Virus record (IMG/VR): IMGVR_UViG_3300045533_000060
Reading direction: 5' to 3' (one strand)
Length of the DNA: 64,000 nt
Origin: an uncultured virus (IMG/VR IMGVR_UViG_3300045533_000060)
Taxonomy: Duplodnaviria; Heunggongvirae; Uroviricota; Caudoviricetes
Shown here: in pieces, positions 58,462 to 64,000 of the stretch
How positions within the stretch are numbered: the first letter of the stretch is position 1
Layout of the letters: every line of letters starts with the position of its first letter
Made by a program: the position numbers and the translations under genes
Notes under the pieces: model-generated
The model's input: the letters and a program-made list of their open reading frames with translations, nothing else
What the model was told of the DNA's origin: nothing
Database searches by the model: none

Positions 58462-60486
58462 ATGGCTAGACTTAAATATTTTGCGGCTAGAGAAGGGAAG
58501 GAATCCGCTTCAATTCTTTTAGAAAAGGCTTCTGATTGGAGTCATACATTGACTACCAACGGATATTTAGAAAAGTTAAGAACCTGCTGGGCAGCATATC
58601 ACGGAGCATACTTTACCGATACTGGAAATGGACATACTATCGTATTTGGAGGAGAGCAAGGAGAATTAGCTCAACTGCCAGTTAACCATATCAGGAACTT
58701 AGCCCAACACATGTATGTTATGACTACATCCAGTAGACCTTCAATGGAAGCAAGGGCTGCAAATACAGATTACAAATCTACAGCCCAAGTTACACTGGCA
58801 AATGGACTACTAGATTACTACATGAGAGAAAAAAGATTAGAGAGATACATTAATAAAGCTGTGGAGATGAGTGTAGTCCTCGGAGCTGGGTATGTCAAAG
58901 TTGAATGGGATTCTACAACTGGAAAAGTAATTGAGGAAGATGAAGAACTAGGAGAAAAGATATATGAAGGTGATATAAAATTCACAAACTTATCTCCTTT
59001 CGATGTAATATTTGACGTAAATAGAGAAGATAATCAGCATGACTGGCTTTTAGTCAGAACTTACAAGAATAAATTTGATTTAGCGGCAAAGTACCCAGAA
59101 TTTGAAGATAAGATTCTACAACTGGATACTAAAGATATGAAAGATAAAACCACAGCGCAGATTTTTAGAAAATCTGATTCTGATCAAGTAGAAGTCTGGA
59201 CAATGTATCACAAAAGATCGGATGCTATGCCTGATGGTAGAGAGTTAGTTTTTCTAGCTGACGATATTGTACTTCACGATCAACCATTACCTTATAGAAG
59301 AATACCGATTTTCAAAATGACTCCTAATGAAATCTTAGGGACTGCTTTTGGGTATTCGAATCTATTCGATCTCCTACCACTACAAGAAGGGATTAATCAT
59401 CTATATTCAGCAGTAATGTCAAATAACATTGCATTTGCCACCCAAAATTTATTCGTAAGATCGGGTTCAAACATCGACATTACAAATCTAGGAGGAGGGC
59501 TTAATATCATCCAAGGAACTGAAAAACCAGAACCTTTAAACCTTTTAGGAACTTCTCAAGAAACCTTTAATTTTCTCAGTATTCTAGAAGGAAAGATGGA
59601 GCAGTTATCAGGGATTAACTCAGTAACAAGAGGAACCCCAGATCCAGCTGCCAACTTGAGATCAGGTAACTCTTTAGCTCTTGTACAGTCAATGGCTATT
59701 CAATTTCAGTCAGGACTACAAAACCAGTATGTGCAGTTAATTGAAGATTTAGGAGTATGTATTCTTGAGATACTTCAAGATTACGCTACTGCGCCTAGAG
59801 TTGCTTCCATTATCGGAGTTAACAGTAAACAATATTTAGTAGAGTTTAAAGGTGCAGATATTGCAGATATTAATCGAGTTATTGTAGACGTAGGAAATCC
59901 TCTTGCGAGAACTACTGCTGGTCGAGTCCAAATGGCAGAACAATTAATGCAAATGAAACCGGAAGAATTTTCTATTCAACAATATGCTCAAGTAATTAAT
60001 ACGGGTAGAATTGATGGCATGTTAGAGAGTCCAGTAGATCAGATGAATTTAATTCAAATGGAAAACGAAAGATTGATGACAGGGAAACCAGTCAAGGCAT
60101 TAATTATAGATGACCATAAAGAGCATGTATTAAGACATAGAACTATTCTCAACGATATTGAAATGAGAATGGATGATGAGAAAGCAAAAGCAATCTATGA
60201 TCATATTCTTGAACATGTGGAGTTTGCGAGAAGTGCCGATCCTGCCGTACTAACAATGACAAATCAGCAACAATTGCCTCCTGCCCCAGCTCCACAACCT
60301 CCAGTAGATCAAGGAGTAAATCAGCCAGAGCAAAATGCGGCAGAGCAATCTCCTATTGGACAAGTAATGGAAGCATCACAACAATCTATGAGTCAAGAAC
60401 AGCCGGGAGTACCTCAACCAGCTACTCCTCCGGCACCTTTTGAAGAATTACCAACAACAACAGTGCCCGTTGTTCCGGAGAAGTAA
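58462..60486 (+). CDS. portal protein (P22-like podovirus type)
   Basis: Follows terL; G.G.VKVEWD, SPFDV.FD, LLPLQ..IN, SGINSV.RG; Q/P-rich tail. Confidence 0.88.
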   Translation: MARLKYFAAREGKESASILLEKASDWSHTLTTNGYLEKLRTCWAAYHGAYFTDTGNGHTIVFGGEQGELAQLPVNHIRNLAQHMYVMTTSSRPSMEARAANTDYKSTAQVTLANGLLDYYMREKRLERYINKAVEMSVVLGAGYVKVEWDSTTGKVIEEDEELGEKIYEGDIKFTNLSPFDVIFDVNREDNQHDWLLVRTYKNKFDLAAKYPEFEDKILQLDTKDMKDKTTAQIFRKSDSDQVEVWTMYHKRSDAMPDGRELVFLADDIVLHDQPLPYRRIPIFKMTPNEILGTAFGYSNLFDLLPLQEGINHLYSAVMSNNIAFATQNLFVRSGSNIDITNLGGGLNIIQGTEKPEPLNLLGTSQETFNFLSILEGKMEQLSGINSVTRGTPDPAANLRSGNSLALVQSMAIQFQSGLQNQYVQLIEDLGVCILEILQDYATAPRVASIIGVNSKQYLVEFKGADIADINRVIVDVGNPLARTTAGRVQMAEQLMQMKPEEFSIQQYAQVINTGRIDGMLESPVDQMNLIQMENERLMTGKPVKALIIDDHKEHVLRHRTILNDIEMRMDDEKAKAIYDHILEHVEFARSADPAVLTMTNQQQLPPAPAPQPPVDQGVNQPEQNAAEQSPIGQVMEASQQSMSQEQPGVPQPATPPAPFEELPTTTVPVVPEK

Positions 60487-60488
60487 GT

Positions 60489-61331
60489 ATGAGTGATAAT
60501 AATAAACCAAAACCAGCAAAAAGTTTAAGTGATTTTTGGGCACAGTTTAAAAAAAACTATCCAGATTCTTATAAAGAAAAATATCCTTATACTCCAAAAA
60601 AAAGATTATCTGGAGCTGATAGTTTAATTCCGGAAAATATAAAAGAAAAAATTCTTGAAAATAAAATGAATGATCAATTTATAACAAAAGATGATAAATG
60701 GAGAGCAGAGCAGAACGAAATTATAAGAAGAGAAAATGCTGCAGAGAAAGCAGCCAAAGAAGCTGCTGAGAAAGCAGAAAAAGAAGCTGCGGAAAAAGCG
60801 GCTAAGAAAGTTGGAAAAGAAGTTATTTATGACAATAAAGGAAATTTGCTAGATATAACAGGTAAAATTGTAAAAAAAGCTGGAGATGTTAAGAAACCTC
60901 CTTTTGGAAGTGGAAAATTAGGTATGCTTCTTGGCTTAGGAGCAGCAGCACTGGGAACAGTAATCCCTAAGGATAGCATGGCTGGCACAGCTATGAGAAT
61001 TTTAGATGAGGGAGATCCTGCTTCTTTATTTTTTCCAGAAGGTGCTGGAGAAGGAGAGGATGAGGAGGTTATGAAAATGAAAGAGGAGCAAAGACAGAAA
61101 TACCTTGATAACCTAGTAAAGAATGTTCCAAAAAATAAAAAACTAAGAAGCGAGGAACAAGATAATATTAAAAAACAAGTTGAGCCTATAGTTAAAATTT
61201 TAGGTGGAGATCCTGATTTAAAAGAAAAAGATGCTTTGAAGATGATAGGGGAAACTCCATCTGGAGATGAAAATCTGTTAAGCGTAGAGGATAGCGAAAG
61301 AAAATTAAAGAAAAAATTCGGATACGAATAA
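60489..61331 (+). CDS. hypothetical head-associated protein
   Basis: EKAA repeats and a G/A hydrophobic segment; between portal and scaffold. Confidence 0.6.
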   Translation: MSDNNKPKPAKSLSDFWAQFKKNYPDSYKEKYPYTPKKRLSGADSLIPENIKEKILENKMNDQFITKDDKWRAEQNEIIRRENAAEKAAKEAAEKAEKEAAEKAAKKVGKEVIYDNKGNLLDITGKIVKKAGDVKKPPFGSGKLGMLLGLGAAALGTVIPKDSMAGTAMRILDEGDPASLFFPEGAGEGEDEEVMKMKEEQRQKYLDNLVKNVPKNKKLRSEEQDNIKKQVEPIVKILGGDPDLKEKDALKMIGETPSGDENLLSVEDSERKLKKKFGYE

Positions 61332-61409
61332 AAAACAAAAAGACACTACCACAATAACGTGATGTGTTATCTTTAAACTACCCATAATAGGGCGTAAAAA
61401 GGAAAATGT

Positions 61410-62333
61410 ATGTCAGATGAATCAAACAGTGTAGACAGTGTAGAAGTAGATGCTCCAATTTCAGGGGATAATGAAAGTTCCGAGAAAGGATCTGCGCAAG
61501 AAATGACGCAGGAAGAATGGGAGGAGTATGATCTAAAGGTTAATGGAAAAGAGATTAAAGAGAAAGTAAATCTCAAAGACAAAGATCGTATTACAAAAGC
61601 TCTACAAATGGAAAAAGCAGCACAACAAGCTTTCCAAGAAAGAGCAATTACCCTCAAACAATTAGAAGAAATTCAAGAAGATGTGGAAGACTTCCTAAGT
61701 CAGTTCACAGAAGATCCTCTTTCTATTATCATGAATAGAGAGTTTAACTTTACAAAAGAACAAAAAAGACAATTAGCAGAAGCTATTCTCAGAGAAGATT
61801 TGGAAGAGAGTCAGAAAACTCCAGAACAAATCGAATATGAAGAAACTAAAAGAAGATATGAGGAGCTACTAGCTGAGAAAGCAAACTTAGAAGAACAGAG
61901 GAGACAAGAAGAACAATTTTTCTTAGAGCAGCAAGCTGCGGTAGAACTTGAAAGTGAGATTAATTCCGCAATTGAATCGGGATCTCTACCAAAATCAAAA
62001 TATCTTACTAAGAAACTAGCAGACCTTGCCTATATTGCTTATTCTAATGGGGTAGATCTATCTATGCAAGATCTAATTCCTTTTTTAAAAGATCAGTATA
62101 AGAAAGATATGTCTGAAATGATTGGGGTTTTATCGGATGATGAAGTAGAGTTTTTAGTGTCAAAAGATAGAATTAGAAGTATACGAAATAAACAAATTCA
62201 ATCAGTTAAGCCAAAAGATAATGCTCCAAAGTCCCCTTTAAAAACCCAAGACACTGGAACTTCTAATTCAAAAAAGGAAGATGCGTCTTCAAAACTTAAA
62301 GCAAAGGACTTCTTTAATTCTTTAAGAGGTTAA
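61410..62333 (+). CDS. capsid scaffolding protein
   Basis: Acidic N-terminus, LKVNGKE motif, coiled coil; precedes major capsid gene. Confidence 0.75.
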   Translation: MSDESNSVDSVEVDAPISGDNESSEKGSAQEMTQEEWEEYDLKVNGKEIKEKVNLKDKDRITKALQMEKAAQQAFQERAITLKQLEEIQEDVEDFLSQFTEDPLSIIMNREFNFTKEQKRQLAEAILREDLEESQKTPEQIEYEETKRRYEELLAEKANLEEQRRQEEQFFLEQQAAVELESEINSAIESGSLPKSKYLTKKLADLAYIAYSNGVDLSMQDLIPFLKDQYKKDMSEMIGVLSDDEVEFLVSKDRIRSIRNKQIQSVKPKDNAPKSPLKTQDTGTSNSKKEDASSKLKAKDFFNSLRG

Positions 62334-62341
62334 CAAATATA
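62331..62341 (+). promoter_or_regulatory. putative late promoter motif TAACAAATATA
   Basis: Recurrent motif upstream of capsid leader. Confidence 0.7.
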
Positions 62342-62468
62342 ACTGAGTAATTGTCTTTAATGACAGACTTCTAAGCAAGCTAATGCCCTTAGAATATCTG
62401 CAAGCAAGATTGTGACTTATTATAAAAACAAAAAACAACAATGTATTACTATTATTTAGGAGTTTAAA

Positions 62469-63725
62469 ATGAGTGCTGAAGGAGCAAACACAATTGCAAC
62501 CCTCAACGGTTTGTACAAAAAAGTTTACGATGGTAAACTAGAAAATCTTATCCCAGATGGAGTTAAGTTACTTAACGCTATCAAATTCGTACGCAAAGAA
62601 AAGCGTCCGGGTGCTGATTATAACCAATCAGTTATTCTAGGTATGGAGCATGGCGTTAGCTTTGCTGCTCCCGATGAAGGTGCATTTGCACTTAACAATC
62701 CAATTGCTGGCGTAATTAAGCAAGCTAATATTCGTGGTTATCAAATGGTTCTTCGCTCTGCGATGGCTTTTGACACTATGTTTGCTGCAGATTCTGCTGG
62801 TGAAAGAGCTTTCGAAGAAGCTACAAAGTATATCTTCCAAGCTATGATGGATTCAATTTCTAAAAAACTTGAAATTCGTCTTTTCTACGGTCAGTCTGGT
62901 TTGGCTAAAATCGAATCAGTTTCTGGTAACGTAGTTAGCATCCAAGATTCAGAATGGGCACCGGGAGTTTGGGGTGGATCTGAAAACATGAAACTTGCTT
63001 TTACTAACGCTTCTACTGGTGTAGCTCTAGTTGGTGACTGTAAAGTTACTGCTGTTGATTTTGATAGCAAATCAATCACAGTTGATTCTCTACCTGCTGC
63101 TGTAGCCACTGCTATTGCCGCAAGTACTCCAGTTGCGATCCATGAGTACGGCTCAATTGGAAAAGAAATGGCAGGATTGCACAGAATTATTTCTAATGCT
63201 GGAGAACTATTTGGAATTGATGCAGCTGCCTATTCTTTATGGAAAGGTAATTCGCATTCTTGTCAAGAGTCTGGCGATGATAAGCCTCTTACATTCAAGA
63301 AGCTTGCAATCGGGCTTGCCAAGCCAGTAGCTAAAGGGCTTCAGTCAGATGTGACTGTTTACGTAAGTCCTGCTTCTTGGGCTGATCTTATGACTGAGCA
63401 AGCTGGTTCTAGACGTTTCGACGTTTCTTACAAATCAGGAACAGCTCAGAATGGATCTGAAGCTCTTGAGTTCTTCTCTCAGAACGGTAAAATGACAATT
63501 GTATCTTCTATCTTTGTAAAACAAGGATATGCGTATGCAATTAATCATGAGCAATTCTTGAGAGTTGGTTCTACAGATCTTACTTTCAAAAACCCTCTCA
63601 GCAAAGATGATTTCTTCCACTTGTTAGAGAATAATGCTGGTGTAGGTATCAGATGTTATACTAACCAAGCTTTGTTCTGTACAAAGATCGGTCATCAGTT
63701 AATGTTCACAGGTATTTCAGCTTAA
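62469..63725 (+). CDS. major capsid protein
   Basis: 418 aa after scaffold; strong RBS; followed by terminator; K..Y...EN and GL..I features. Confidence 0.85.
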   Translation: MSAEGANTIATLNGLYKKVYDGKLENLIPDGVKLLNAIKFVRKEKRPGADYNQSVILGMEHGVSFAAPDEGAFALNNPIAGVIKQANIRGYQMVLRSAMAFDTMFAADSAGERAFEEATKYIFQAMMDSISKKLEIRLFYGQSGLAKIESVSGNVVSIQDSEWAPGVWGGSENMKLAFTNASTGVALVGDCKVTAVDFDSKSITVDSLPAAVATAIAASTPVAIHEYGSIGKEMAGLHRIISNAGELFGIDAAAYSLWKGNSHSCQESGDDKPLTFKKLAIGLAKPVAKGLQSDVTVYVSPASWADLMTEQAGSRRFDVSYKSGTAQNGSEALEFFSQNGKMTIVSSIFVKQGYAYAINHEQFLRVGSTDLTFKNPLSKDDFFHLLENNAGVGIRCYTNQALFCTKIGHQLMFTGISA

Positions 63726-63753
63726 TTATCAATGAGTTATGCAACGTAACACC

Positions 63754-63786
63754 AAAAGGGGAGCTTCGGCTCCCTTTTTGTTTTTT
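63754..63786 (+). terminator. intrinsic terminator
   Basis: AAAAGGGGAGC-TTCG-GCTCCCTTTTT followed by T tract. Confidence 0.9.
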
Positions 63787-63796
63787 GCATTGAAAG

Positions 63797-63807
63797 TAAC
63801 AAATGTA
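63797..63807 (+). promoter_or_regulatory. putative late promoter motif TAACAAATGTA
   Basis: Immediately after capsid terminator, before next gene. Confidence 0.7.
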
Positions 63808-63823
63808 AGTGGGAGATTTTCAC

Positions 63824-64000
63824 ATGTCAATAACACTTGTCGTAAATAATATACCATTCGAATATCCAGAGCAAGGAGAGCAACAGCCTTGGGGGGAATC
63901 TGCAACTGCATGGGCAGAGGAAGTAACTAGAGTATTAAACTCAGTTAGAGGTCCTGCAGATCTCTTAGAGACTAGAGCTGACGTAGCCAATAATGTCACC
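63824..64000 (+). CDS. N-terminal fragment of a virion protein (runs off window)
   Basis: GGGAG RBS; MSITLVVNNIPFEYPEQGEQQPWGE... open to window end. Confidence 0.7.
   Translation, partial: MSITLVVNNIPFEYPEQGEQQPWGESATAWAEEVTRVLNSVRGPADLLETRADVANNVT

Noticed and set aside
63729..63911. 60-aa minus-strand ORF
   Set aside because: Overlaps the terminator, the late motif and the better-supported plus-strand gene at 63824

Overview
This window is most of an AT-rich tailed dsDNA phage genome, probably podovirus-like. No integrase, RNA polymerase, tRNA or CRISPR array was seen. Plus-strand late/structural genes occupy 56.3-64 kb (TerL, portal, scaffold, major capsid) and 1-15.3 kb (adaptor, nozzle-like protein with nested repeats, GNAT, ejection-type proteins including a GH108 lysozyme domain, XhlA-like protein). 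A small plus-strand island lies at 42.9-45.1 kb. Minus-strand early and middle genes cover 15.2-41.7 kb (PolA, primase-helicase, ERF, Cas4-like nuclease, dNMP kinase, rIIA/rIIB, GP88, DUF932) and 45.1-56 kb (SpeD, SpeE, ThyX, class II RNR, HU, M15 peptidase). A Bdellovibrionota-like host is only an inference from a few gene families. Main observations: (1) a ~280-nt candidate structured RNA with repeated AA-GUAC-stem-GA modules in the early control region; (2) about ten GGYAA-N3-TTKCC boxes next to leftward -35 elements; (3) a (T/A)AACAAAT(A/G)TA motif before most plus-strand units; (4) two proteins with an IF2 N-terminal domain; (5) a promoter- and terminator-bounded ~80-nt sRNA; (6) nested domain duplication in the tail protein; (7) a SpeD+SpeE pair; (8) apparent avoidance of CCWGG. 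All family calls come from motif recognition by eye, not database searches.
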